64,000 nt of DNA, taken from NCBI GenBank assembly GCA_043228905.1, contig JBHGNT010000005.1, forward strand, positions 23,994,001-24,058,000, given 5' to 3'. The translations under genes and the position numbers were made by a program. This DNA comes from Azolla caroliniana. Taxonomy: Eukaryota > Plantae > Polypodiophyta. Below the pieces are notes generated by a model that saw only the letters and a program-made list of their open reading frames with translations, was not told the DNA's origin and made no database searches. Shown here piece by piece: positions 1 to 13,700 of this stretch (its first letter is position 1; every line of letters starts with the position of its first letter).

Positions 1-244
1 CCATGATCCATCATCCCATACATAGGTTATATATACATACATCAATTGTTAGGTCATCCATGTGTTTATTTGCACCTAAATCATACCTAGGGTTAGCTGG
101 CGAGGGAATTGCGACCACAGACGGTGCAAGTCAATCGCTCAGCTGAGGGCAAATGCGATATGCATCGTCTGATTTGTAGATAATAATAAACGCGCGCCAA
201 ATACAAAGTTGTCAGTACTTGCCCCCAACTCTGACACCCTTATT

Positions 245-335
245 CGCCCAACTATCACCAGCTCGGTTGCCCAACCAAATATGGTCGCCCAGCTATCACC
301 AGCTCAGTCACCCAACCAAATATGGTCGCCCAACT
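245..335. repeat. 41-bp tandem repeat (~2.2 copies), possible subterminal repeat of a DNA transposon
   Basis: CGCCCA(A/G)CT unit starts at 245, 286 and 327. The related motif GGTCACCCAAC recurs twice at ~3142-3172. Confidence 0.75.
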
Positions 336-539
336 AATGCAGCAAGTATAAAACCCTGAAACCTATCATTTTGTCACACTTTTTAAACGAGACTATTAGG
401 GTTATGTGGCGGGAAAACAAAATTAGCCAACCAACCAACAATCGACGCGCATTTGGAACACCATCTTCATCGCTGCTTGCTTACTTCACTGGTTACTATT
501 TTATTTGTTTCTATTTGTTCTACAATTTCTTTATACCTG

Positions 540-1900
540 CAAATCATATATTTCATGAAAATGTTTCAAAACTGGACAACGTTGTTGGATATGCTCTGGT
601 TGGTGAGATTCTTGCTCTTGAAGAGAGATTGATTTACAATAGCCTAAAGAATACAAGGATTGTGTTATCACTCTCACGAAGTCTGTCTTTCAGATTAGAC
701 CATTGCTCCCAAGCAAAGTTTCTTCAATATATGGATGAACCTATGGAAGCAAAGAAGAAGAAGGCAAAGATGAAGATTTCAATGATGAAGAGGAAGAAGA
801 AAAGGATTCTATGTGGTATATTTTTTTTTTAAAGAAAGATACACCTTAGTATATTATGTGAGAAATGTACATATAGCAAACAGAAGGAGACATTTCATCT
901 CACCTCTATTGTAATACAAAGGCCAATACCAACCTCTAATCAAACAAACGATATCATATAAGAAACAAGTGGAGCACAAACTACAAGTCATGCAATAAAA
1001 AAGAAGGTATGGCATAATCCCAGCTCATACTAGAAGTTGTATCTAAAAATAAGTGAAGCCCTCGCCACCGTTTCTTAAAGTCCTCTATCTCACTTCATTT
1101 CCATCTTTTATTCCACGGTTTAGAATTGAAATTTTGGTTATTTGGCGTACTATTATGTCATTAGCTCTTTGGACAATATGGAAAGTGAGATGTGATGTTG
1201 TTTTTAACAATGCTCACATACATCTCCATACCATGCTTATTGAATTCTAGCTGTTATTTGTCCATACCCTACGTGAGCAATATGATGATCTACAAGGTTC
1301 AACTGATTCTATGTGGTATATTGATATTGTCATAGATGGATTAAAGCTTAGCAAAGATGGAGACGATTCTTCTGCAAAAATATGTGCCAAAAGCTTCAAA
1401 TGCTTTGAAGGCGGTGAACCACAATCATCTACACCACCCATTAAATGACATAATTCACCTCTTTACGTCCACAAAAAGACATAGAAATATGACAAAGAAC
1501 GAAGATCCTTGTCAAAGAGGGGGGGGGGGATGATGGAGAAATTATTTTTCATGTGTTTTCTATGTATGTATGTATGTTTGTATGCATGCATGTATACATG
1601 TATGTATATGTATGCACAGAAAACTCCACCAATCTGTATTCATGAAAATGGTTCCGAAATTGGACAACATTGCTCAACCTGGTGAGATTGAAAGGGCTTT
1701 GGACTTATTCAATGACGTAGTATTTGAGGCCAATATCCCTGATGTGGTTACCTTCCTTGTTTTGTTGAGTTCATGCAATCATGTAGGCCACGTGGAGGAG
1801 GGACAATGCGTTTTGATGATATGGAGAATGTTTATTGACGCGAACCTACCCAATGACATTTCAAGAAAGCAATGGTAGCTATTGAGAAGGTGCCACCATA
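540..1900 (+). pseudogene. Fragments of a PLS-class pentatricopeptide repeat (PPR) gene
   Basis: ORF 1570-1878 contains GEIERALDLFNDVVFEANIPDVVTFLVLLSSCNHVGHVEEGQ, resembling the PLS-PPR motif P(D/N)xxTFxxxLxACSHxGxVEEG. A similar segment (CATGAAAATG..GGACAAC..TGGTGAGATT) occurs at ~553-610. The frames are broken. Confidence 0.6.
1050..1320 (+). mobile_element. L1-type LINE ORF2 C-terminal remnant
   Basis: Translation SLALWTIWKVRCDVVFNN resembles the WxIWxxRNxxxF motif found after the zf-RVT domain in plant L1 LINEs. A stop follows. Confidence 0.55.
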
Positions 1901-2049
1901 TATATACTGATGTTGATATTACTTCATAATAATGTTGATATTGCTTCATAATAATGTTGACATTGCTTCATACATTTCTGTGAGATAATTTGATGCAAGA
2001 GAGAGATAATCCACCTTCATCTTTGTTGGAAATATTGTTTTTATTACCC

Positions 2050-2430
2050 AAAGTCACCTCCATCTGTATGACATGTTCCAAATTTCTTTTTGATTATTGG
2101 TTTTGCTTGATTGTATATACTATAGATGGCTACTAGGTCCAAGTACGAAGAGTGGTTTTATTGCGATAAAGGTGACATATATCCAAGTGAAGGGAGGTAT
2201 GTCAAGAATAATTTTTGATTGTTAGTGATGCATGTATTTTAACCGACAAATTATAATTCTAAGTGTGGAGAGGTGTTGAACCAACCAATGGTGGTTTCTC
2301 ATCCTCGGGTGGAGGGCAATTGGACTAACCAACACAGCCAAATGGTTGGGATGGTGGCTTTTACATCATGAAGACCATACAAATGCAGGTAGAGGAGTTT
2401 ATTATTAGTTGGACATCTCCATATTTTGTA
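2050..2430 (+). pseudogene. Decayed Ulp1/peptidase C48-like fragment, a typical cargo of MULE/CACTA transposons
   Basis: 2335-2373 reads QPNGWDGGFYIMK, matching the Ulp1 catalytic motif QxNxxDCGxY(V/I)M with Cys replaced by Gly (GGT, one change from TGT). An upstream FFFDYWFCLIV resembles the HW-strand. Confidence 0.5.
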
Positions 2431-2788
2431 AGTATGATTGGATTTGGATGTCAGATGTGGATTTTATAGATCTTGGCTCTTATACATATTTGGTTCTAGG
2501 GCATAGAGAAATGGTTCGGACATGAAAACATGCAACGCCTTTGGATCAATATCGCGGAGTGGGCACGAAGGGTTTTGGGATTTCCGTATTCGTGATCAAC
2601 AAGGATTTCAGAAATTTTGTATCATCGATGCAATATTACTGAACGCTATATATTGAAACATTTTATATTTTGGACATTGCCCGTACCTTGTACATTGCCA
2701 TAATCATTTTGTATATTGGTTGCCCGCCATACATTGTATATCAGATACCCTTGTTAATGAAATATCTTTCATTTTTTATCTTGTCGGT

Positions 2789-3140
2789 CATATTCGATGT
2801 TTAAAGGTGTATATGATCATTTGTGTGTATGATCGTAACATATGTTGGACAGTTTTTGGAGAATCATATTCGATGTTTAAAGTTGTATATGATAATTTGT
2901 GCGTATGATAGTAACATATGTTGGACAATTTTTGGACAATCAGATTCGATGTTTAAAGGTGTATATGATAATTTGTGTGTCTGATCGTAACATATGTTGG
3001 ATAGTTTTGGGAGAATCATATCCGATGTTTAAAGGTGTATATGATAATTTGTGTGTATGATCGTAACATATGTTGGATAGTTTTAGGACATTCATCTTCA
3101 TAGGTTGGACAATTTTCGGACAATCATTTTCTATGTTTAA
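2789..3140. repeat. 76-bp tandem repeat, 4 full copies plus a degenerate partial
   Basis: Units CATATTCGATGTTTAAAGGTGTATATGAT...GTTGGA..TTTTGGA.AAT start at 2789, 2865, 2941 and 3017. There are no unique spacers. Confidence 0.9.
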
Positions 3141-4775
3141 AGGTCACCCAACTTAATAGTGAGGTCACCCAACCGCCAACCACCTATACTTATCATATTG
3201 TTAACAACAAAATTAACGGTTCAATTAATGAACAACTTAGCTTGGAATTAATCACTCTAACCACAAAGCTTTCATCTGCAATATCTCACAACTAGTTTGA
3301 TGTTTGAGCAATCACATTGTGAACACATAATATTGACATTTTATACACCAATTAATCATATATTTATCAGAAAATTCACACTTTCTACTATCAAGCTTTG
3401 GTGTTCTACTCACTAGGATGAATCCCCATGAACCTAATATGACTAGCTTACTGTTCGACGACGATTTAGTTCCAAATGTTCACAAAATGTGTCTATTTAG
3501 TCCTTGGTTGCTGCTATGCTAGTCCCAAAATGTTTAGTAGCAATGAAGTGCAAATAGATGTAAAGCACAAAACCATTTTGGTTAGCTTTGATTTCTTTTA
3601 TGTGGACGTTATTCTTCTACCGTTTTTTGTGAGGAGATATGAATACATGAGAGAACGATTGTATGCTATTGTTTGCATAAATTGTATTATGATATGGAAA
3701 TGTTTAGGCTTGTGTGGGATAAAACCTTTATTCAAAGGCTAAAATCAAGTTGGCTCTTTTAATTGAGCATGGAGAATTTTTTGAAGTAGGCTTGAAGGTT
3801 ATTTTAAAGTATGTATGGAGAGGATACCTAGTTAGGTGGTTCAATGATTGAATCATTAAAAGCATTAGGGTAGGGTTAGGCTTGTTTGTACAATTAAAAG
3901 ATCACTTCTTGGGAAATGTATGCAATGGTAGCAATGGATGTTGGCCACATAATAACAAGATTGTGTTCCATTCAATGCAAAAATATTTCTTTCAATGAGA
4001 ATTGAAAAGCTGCTTGTCTATTCTATGGCTTTTTGGTATTCTAACTTCCATAAATGGGCTTAAGTTGGTAGCTTTAGTCAATAATTGGCTTGGCTTGGTG
4101 GTTTGTTTACCATATTAAAATTAATTTAGTTGCGATTGAACCATATAAACTGTTTACTTTTCTACCACTATCAATGATTTTGGGAACCTCTTTTAATATG
4201 CTAAGAACTAACTGGATTGTGAATTTAGAGTCATGATCACCAAATACATCAATAATTGGGAATTGGTTTGTCTTATAGCCGACTGATCTGTAAGTAGCTT
4301 GTGATTGGAGTACTATACTCTCCTCATTAATCAGCCATCCCAGTACATTATAATTTAGTTTAGAAATCAACATATGCCACCGTAACATTATTGGATCCTT
4401 AACTTATCTTTGTCAATGCAAGAATTTTCCTTGTTGACTACTAATTCTGAAGTATAAGCTATTTTATAAACAAATCTAATTCCATGTATGAACAAGATTT
4501 CAAACTAGATGAAATGCTCAAAAATATTTCAATTTTGTGAACAGAACAAAGTTACACGACCACACCCTTTCAATGTTTTTAAATATCAAATTTCTGAACT
4601 TCAGAACGTACTAGTGTTCTGTATTTGCCAACATAAATTTGCCTGGAGGCTGGATACATTATCTGTACCACTAGAATCTGATATTTTTTGGTTATGAAAT
4701 ATACTCACACAGCAGTCTCGAATCATATATGTTACAAAGCTGGATATATTTTTTGAAATGTCTGCAATCCATAAA

Positions 4776-7700
4776 TTACAACGTTTGTATGTCTAAATCA
4801 GAAAACCCTCCTGAGTTTTTGGAACTGGCAGTCATACCATCTCGATGTTCTTCTTTTATGCTTGTCCTGATCAAAGATATTATAAGAATCTCAGGAAACA
4901 TGATTGCTGAAAAGTCAAATGTGATTGTTCTGTTTTATAATAGAAGAATGGTATCCAATCTGTCCAATCTGTCCCCAACATAGTGTGTTCATACCCCACT
5001 AAATGTATCACATATATCATGCTTATGGGACCTTACACTGGATGGAACACACTCAATCTCCCATCGGGAAGAGTGGTCAATTCAAGTAAAGAATCATCCT
5101 TATGATCACTCACTACCATAGATAGGGACATAATTCCCACCAATGTGAAAGCCTAAACCTGCATTAAAATATGTTGTCCCTTGGGAAATAGTTGTGTAGA
5201 GAGGAGGAACTCACCTGTGATCGAACTCTACCATTCTTGGCTAGTGGATTATCCGTGGTGTCATAAGCATGCCATGCTTGGCTCTTCAATGTTCACAGGT
5301 AGGCATAGCTATGCTTAACTCTCTACTCCAATAGTGAGGATCTTATATGAAATCAACCACCAAGATTTCTTGGCTCGTAAATTATCTTGATGTTCATAAA
5401 GATGCCATGTTTCAGTAAATGTATCATTGGTATACTGGGGCCTTAACCTTCACTATCGTCGGAAGAGACGAAGGAGTATCTTATTCATAGTCTGGTGTTA
5501 CCATCTTTGACTTGTGGATTACCCTTGGTGTCCAATAATAATGCCTTTTAAAATGTAATATCACAGATAGGACACTTATGCATTAAGGCAGCACTCTGTT
5601 CGACTATCCTCAGCAAAGTAGTTGCTTAGAGAAAGGATCATAGTTGTGATCAATCCCTACCACCCTAGCTTGTGAATTATCCTTCATGTTCATAGGATGA
5701 CATTTTTTACACTTCCCTAAATATATGGCAGCTATGTTTTACAAGGGAGGTTCCACCACTTCTCCATCATTACAATTTTAGTTTGTTTATTCCTACCCCT
5801 TTTCTGTGGGAAAGAAACCAACCACTTTCCATCACTACTGTCTTAGTTTTGAATATCATATGCATACCTAGATTGCTTTGCACCAAATATGTTACCTTGG
5901 GCTGCTTTGCACAAAGCTGTTGCGTTCACCATCACCATCACCATCGCTCTCCCAATCACCCAAACCAATACTTTCTTCCAGTTGTTCAAAAATCTGTTCT
6001 GGCAGTTTAGCTTCTGGGCTGGATACTGCAGACAGTATTAAGTTGCAAGGTTGTGGGTCATTAGAAAGCGACGACATCCTTTGAGTTGTCAACTGTTCCG
6101 CCACTTGGATGGTATGTGTCTCTACACTATCAAGGCTGTTCCTTGAGACCATATTCTTAGATATGGCTACCACATCCGAAATCTGTGAAAACACTCGTGA
6201 TCGAAAGGTATCAGGTTGCTCATAGCCATGCACTGAAGCTGTCATTCTAGCACTCTCACTCTGATCAGCTTCAAAATCCAGATATCCACTTCTCCTTTGT
6301 GATTGAGGACTTGAACTCTGCAAATTTGGTAATATAAATTAAGCTGTACTAACTTAAGTGTTACTAAAAATTTGTGAAGTTTACTAAGAATTACTCCATA
6401 CTTGTATGATGTCCTCGTCCTCAGAGACTGAATCCTCCACATTTTCATCATTACCAGACATTGAGTCTGTCTCTCTATCGAAAATGGAATCAAGTATACT
6501 CATATCACGTGAATGAACAGCTCTCTAGAATACAAAAAAACATAATGATTACGTCACATATGAACCGTCTAATATGGCGTTGAAAAGATAAAAACATTGA
6601 AACTTTAGAAGATAGGCATATAATTAACCCATACTGTGCTTGCTTTTCAGCAGTAGTTTAAGTAGAAATACTGGATGTTTACCTCAATCTGCCACAAGAC
6701 TGTGCTTCTTTCAAACTCCATAACCTGTCGGTCATTGAATGGGGCAGAAGAAAGACGGACAGCTCGTTGCTTCTCAAGTGCTGTAGCAACAACTGCATAT
6801 TTGGCATCACTGAAAAACAAATTTGTAATATTTCATTTCACTTGGTAAATATAATGTTCACTGGTTGCCAACTTGACAATTTATTTATTTTGTATAAAAA
6901 TAGGATTTGTACAAACTTGAGAATTTAATACTTACCTCAGGCCTTCTGCATTTGGAGGGATTCCAAACTTCTGAAGCTCATCTCTTAACATTTTATCAAG
7001 GCGCTGCACAAAATATAAGTACATATTCGCTCATTCTTCCAGGGTTTTACCAAGATTATAGACAATCAAGATTATACCAAAACATCAACAAAAAGAAAAA
7101 TTCCAGATGAAGTATTACTCTAGAGACTTCATTACGTTTGCTCAAAAATAGTGCTGGAGAATGTGGGTATTTTGCAACAACATATGGCCTGAAATAAGTA
7201 CATGTTAAACTAAGTTCAAGATGAAACATTCCTAAACATGTTATATGAACAACAAATACATAATTTACTTCCAAAATCTAGCATTGGCAGCTTACAGATT
7301 CTCTAAGGGTGTATAAGGGTGCAATCTCAACCATTTCTCTTTATCCGGAGGGATTTCCTCTTCTAACATGGTATCAACTATAACTCTCCTTGAAACCTGA
7401 AAATCACAGAATTCTAATACTATTGAGAGAATCATATTTTGACTATTGTATTGGAAGGTTAGAGATTAATGAATGGAGTGCAAATAACATAAAATACTTA
7501 CAAGTCACATGCAAATGGCTCCCTTTCATGATATCACAATTAGGAACACCAATTCTTTCATAGACAGTAACAAACCCTTGTGGATAGAGGCTACGATTTA
7601 AATTATTGTATTGTATTGCATGTCCTAGTTGATGGTGTAAATGGTTCCATTATATAGCATGTCCTAGATTAAGGTATGGACTTATACCTACTTGTAATAG

Positions 7701-10700
7701 ATGGCATCTGGTAAGTTGTATATTAGTACTAGAAAATATCCGATGAGAGAGTAGAAGTCCGAAATCTTCTTATAGATGAAGATTGTGCTTTGTTTACACA
7801 ATTAAAAAGAATTGGCATCACAAAACAGTAGGTACAAAGGGTTAGCCAAGTTGATGCTTCAACTAAGAAGTGCTTCATAAGGTAATCCTTGATGAAACTA
7901 CATATTTAACACCATTCAATCATGAGTAACAAGATCAGGATAGAACAAGCTATGTAACAAACATCCCAATATATAATTAGAAGTAGGCAAGGGCCTCAAT
8001 TCTCCATATGGTAAGCTGCTTGTGCTTCACTTTCTATCTTCTACATGGGGTGGAAACTTGGGGCCAAGACTTCAAAGGGCACATAATTGGAGAGATTCAG
8101 AAAGGTCATTTTAGTGGATGTGATTCATTGGATTTCGGTAGGAATCCTGAAAGCTATGTAAGCATATGCAATGTAATCATGTATCAACTCGAATTATGCT
8201 TATACTGGTGGAATAAATTGTGTCATTAAGTTCCGAATGACAACAATGTTTGCCATTGAAATGGTTTTAATGTAGTTAGAGGAATCCGTGGATATGATGG
8301 ATAATATGAAAGATCACATATGTAGTTAGAAAGTTACTAAATGTAATTCATTGGATGTCAGTAGAGTCTCTTCTGAAGGCTATATAAACATAAGCAATGC
8401 ACTGATGTATCAACTCACATTAAGCTTATAGTAGAAGGGTTCTTACCAATAGATATAACTGTATCATTAAGTTCCAAATGACAACAATGTTTGCCACTGT
8501 ACAGATTTTAATGTAGTTGAAAAATTCACTGATATGATGGATCCAATGAAAGATCATATGAAGTTAGGAAGTTACTGGATGTAATTCATTGAATATCCAT
8601 AGGAATATGTTCTGAAGGTTACATAAACATAAGCGACGTAGTGACACATCAACTCAGATTAAACTTAAAATAGACAGAATCTTACTGGTGGATATCATCG
8701 AGTCTGAATACAATTAAGGTACTATGTAATTAAGTTCCTGATAACAATGTTTTCCTATGCTTTTATGAAATAAGAGGCAGATATAAAAATCGTATCTCTT
8801 TGGTCCATTCAGCAAGATAATGGAATATGAAAACAAACAATTTTTGGGCTGGTCTTACCTCAAATCAAGATATATAGACAGACGTTATTGAAGGATAAGA
8901 ATATGGGCACATAATCAGAAATCTTCTTTAGAAGCATGACCCTCCCTCTTAAGCTCGAGGTCAATCAAGGGCTACACAAGAGGGGTCTCAACCACAACGT
9001 TCCAGAGACATTACAATAGAATGGATAATAGGATTTTGTCATGCATGTAGCCCAAATGCATATAAACATGCTTCTGTCATCTTCGTTATTGAAAAATCAA
9101 TGTCATTATAACTGACACAAAGGTGCTTTTCTTGCTTCGGCGTCTTATCAATCTTGGTATGGACAATCTCGTGGATCTTTTGAAGGCAGAAATTTCACTT
9201 CATGTATGATTACAGTACAACATTCTTAAGTAACAAGAATGTCTAGTATTCTTGACAGTTTTGCTAATTTACTTACCTAACAAGTTTATCTATTTGTTCT
9301 TACAGATGAGACAAAATTTGTTTTGTTTCGTAGCCATTTTGACCTCTTAAAGGACTTTAATATATCATTCTTTCTTTCTTTTTATCAAAGTTTAATATTT
9401 TGTCACTTATGCTCAGTCCACGTCACCACTTTTCACTTGCATTGTTTCCCGATTTAGTATCAATGCATTCATGTTTATATTGCATATTTGCAGCCGTTTT
9501 CCTATTACTTGAACATGTAGTTTCCCATAGCTTAAAAAGGGTCAAAACTAAAACAGAGTAAAATATTACCATTCAATTACAAGCCAAATATTCACTTTCA
9601 AACAACGTTTTGAGTAATATAGAAGAATTGAAGACGATCTTTCTTCTGATAGAATTTTAATGCATGACGTACCGGATCTTCTTGTGATAATTCTGGTTTT
9701 TCTGAAACTGGAGACCTTGTTGCCATCTGTCAAAGTGAAAAGTAATAAGGCATACATGAGGCAGTAATCATGCAGTCATATTCCTTTCAACAAACATTAG
9801 AAAATTTTATTTACAATTAGTTAAGAATATCAACCTGTGATTCTTCACATCTGAGTCTCTTTTGGTTTTCATGAAAGTCTTCGACTTCATGTAACCAGTC
9901 CTACAAAACATGGTTTGTTTAAGACATAATGAATAAACTACAAGGAAGTTGGCTTGCAAAAATGAGTTCAACCTTGATTGGCTTTGGCCTTTTGTCAACA
10001 ACTGCTTGTGCATAATCCTGCAAAAGACAAATATATTTTCATGTATTTTAAACATGTCACCTATTTTCCTTCTTTTACATTAGACATTGTTTCGGTTCAC
10101 CTTCTTAAGACTTCTTCTCAGTTCTTCAATCTGTTGTTGTAGTTCCTCCACCTGTAGAATAACAATATTTAGAAAGAGCAAAGGTTGTGATGCAACAGAA
10201 ACAAAATGTCTCAGAAATTCACTTCAGTAGATCATTTGATAGATTCAGCAATCACCATATCTCCATGAACTAGATTTTTCTGAGAGTATTCTTTTGAAAG
10301 GTAATTGAGATTTCTCAGGTCATCCCTCAAGCTTAGAATATTTATTGAATCCTTCCTACATTCCTTGTGTGCAATTTTATACAGTGAATTTAAACACCAT
10401 GCTACAGCATTCATTCACCAGCAATTACTAGACTCAAGTTTATTTGATTAAAAGCCTATAATAGAGCATGACATTGTGATTCAACCTTTGGATATACCAT
10501 GTTTTGCTACCTATTAAATATCTTTTCAATCGATTGCCCCGCAGCGAAGTTTCCATTTAATAATTATATAGTATGCAGTCTAGTTAATCTTTCAGAAATT
10601 ATGTCATCAGTTATCTGATATGATCATAAAACCCTCAAGGGTTATCTGACATGTTGGCAGGAAGACCAGCTTGCACACCCATAGATCTACAGAATGTAGC

Positions 10701-13700
10701 TTTTAAGAAAGGTTCCCAAATATAACATTGCTGATTTTACAAGAAGAAATTCAAACAAAACCTTTGGAAAAGAAACTGACTCTAAGCCAATCAAATTGAA
10801 AGGGGGAAGAATGACTTCATCGAACAAAATCCATTTATTTTAAATTAATACTTCTATTATCCTATTAGTCACTACATATGAAAGAGAAAAATTACCTGTT
10901 CATCACGATGATCCATTGACCGAATGAAGCGCCTTTTCTCAGATTTCAAGCCTGAAACCTGAGAGATTAGAGATATGAGAGGATCACAATTCAAGATATA
11001 TATGCAAAAGAGAATGACATTTACAATGCTCCCTTTATTATCTGGTTTTTCATACTATATATTGTTTCATGTGGCTTTTGCATATTTTCAGCATAGATGT
11101 TGAATCATGGACCAAAATAACGATTACCAGCTACGTTGAGAGGGATATCAAAAAAATGAGTATCAAAAAATGAAATTGCCCTATAGAGATACTTTTCAGA
11201 ATGCAGAAGTAACCCTTCTTAAGTAATGCTGTGGTTTGGAAAGTGAATCCACCACTCTTGTTAGAAAAGAACATTGTTTTCTGCATAATAAAAGCCTTAA
11301 TGAACATTTTTCTTTTCTAACAATGGTATATCCTGATTCCCATATGATATTTATGAATATCCTAAGCAACTTCTCCAAACTATGAAGTTCATAATCTGAT
11401 ATAATACAGATTAAATGTGTTTACAATAAAGTACCTCCGAGTATGCGGCATTGAGCTCCTTCAAAAGCTTTGAATTTTCCTGCAGAATGGATCTGTTAAT
11501 AATATATTGCTCAATTTAATGGAATAAATTTTAACTTGAACATAATTGAGACCAGTCCTTTCTGAGATATACCTCGCCTAATTGTTTAATTTGACTCTCA
11601 AAATCTCCAAACTTGACTTCTAGCTCTCTCAATTTCTGGGGCAATTTACAAACGCACAAAAAAGAGAAAAAATGTTTCATTGCATGATATGAAAGGAGTG
11701 AAAGAAACAATATTGGATACAATATTGAAATATAACGATGAAACCTGGGACATGTTTTACTGTCACCAATACTACCAAAAACAACTTATCAAAATATGAT
11801 AACATCTTCATTGCAATCTCTAAAGGCATCTTCAAACCAGAAAGAAAACCCTTAGTAGCTATTCTATGCATTCAAAAGACTGACGTTCAGCCTCTATTCT
11901 AGTCCTTACGACCACAGAACTTAATTTGGTAGTGTCGTGTAATGCCTTTAAATCTTAGTCATCCAAACCTAGTATTGCTCACACTTAATGAAGCAACCAA
12001 CTGGAACCATTATTAGCCATGAAGTCTCCTGCGTAACCACATTTCCTTCCTGATATTATGCTTTGAATTCAAGAAGGCATCTCTCATCTTATTTAACTAT
12101 GCTCCCTGCTACCTGGAAAGTCAGGGTGACTGTGGCATATCTGCTTCATGAGTAGCTCCTTCCATGGCTGGCTGACAAAGTGAGTCCTAAACTAGTACTT
12201 GGATCAGATAATTCAATTTTGGAAATGTGGATAAATAATCCTCTATATATACCTTAAGTATACATTCAAGTTTCTCAAATACAATGAAAGATATTAAATA
12301 TACTATTTTGAATCTTTCAAAAATGTCTTATCAAAACAACACTTGAAGCTTTCAACATGAGCTACTGTGATTGCACTTCTACATGGATTATCTTTATAGA
12401 AGTGAAAGGCTTCAAACATGGAATAAACGGTACCTCTTGAGCTGCCATAGCTTTTCTATCCTCTACTTTGTTTCCCACATCCGTCCTTGATGGCCTCTAT
12501 TCATGTCTTTAGAAAGAATACATTAGAATTCCTAGATATATAGTTAATATTTGAAAAACTATACAGAATAGAATAAAGCAATGCCATTGCACTCAATTAG
12601 TTATTTTACAGTCATCCATACTTTAAGTACTTTCATTAACTCAATCATGGTGATTGTCAAATGTGGCTCAATTATTTTCCAAATGTCCCTGATTATAGTA
12701 CTTTCATCAAATCAACCATGGTCAATGTAAAATATAACCAAAACCACTATTGCTTTATGCCTATAATCATAACATAAGTCTTTGTGCTTAGAACCGGTGA
12801 GTCTATTTCAATGCTTTTATTTAGTACATCAAGAGAAAACAACAACACAGTTGGGACACATATATCATACCTAAAATGATACAATAATCGTCACTAATAA
12901 TTATAGATATAGAAATAATAATTACTTCAAAAATAAATAACACATTGAACTCTGAGAATAATAGCAGATTTAATTGACCAAACTCCAGTAGCACTAAATT
13001 TCTTTATTGAATATTGTTTCCAAAAAACAATAATGATGAGATTTAAGGTGGTAGAAGTGCTTGTTTCTCAATTTATTCCTTAATTATAAATCAAATAGTG
13101 TAGCTGTAAATGTAGATCTGTTAAGGATTAAAAAATGTGTATGTACTTAAAGGACTTAAGACTGTATGACATGAACCCTAAGACAAAAACTGAGAAAACA
13201 AATCATGATAAGTAACTTCGTTTTGGGAAGATCATGGTGAAAATTGAGAGGCAGCCGTGTCTCTCCTTTTTATTTGAGAAAGACAGATGTTATATTATCA
13301 GCACATAGAGTCCACCAGAATCACCATGTCTGATTCTGACAGGGGTACATTGCAGAAACAGCCATGGCCGCACAAGAAAATGACCAACACCATGGAGTGT
13401 CTTTCATATTTACTATAGCAGTATATGGAAATTACTTGATGGAATATTTCTACAATCTTAGAAAGTTACGAACACATGAACATATATGTTGTTCTATGAA
13501 TATAGACCTAGATACATACAGGATTTACAATTTGTTTCTGAAGATTGTCTAGCTTCTGTTGAACATCCCTCAACTTCTTGTTGCTTTCTTTAAGTGCCAT
13601 CTTCAATGAGGTAACCTGCATGTGTCCAAAGATACTGTCTCTTGTAAACTAATCACCATGATCGTAAAGTATGAAGAAGAAACATAGCCTTTATATATTA

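Noticed and set aside
2789-3140. Regularly spaced repeats resembling a CRISPR array
   Set aside because: The whole 76-bp unit repeats with no unique spacers, there are no cas genes, and the context is eukaryotic.
3476-4388. ORFs 3476-3742 and 4107-4388 as genes
   Set aside because: No recognisable motifs or splice partners. Possibly a decayed LINE, but I cannot support that.
5783-6084. Plus-strand ORFs with a His run and SP repeats
   Set aside because: They are antisense shadows of the DGDGDG-coding exon of the DZIP1-like gene.
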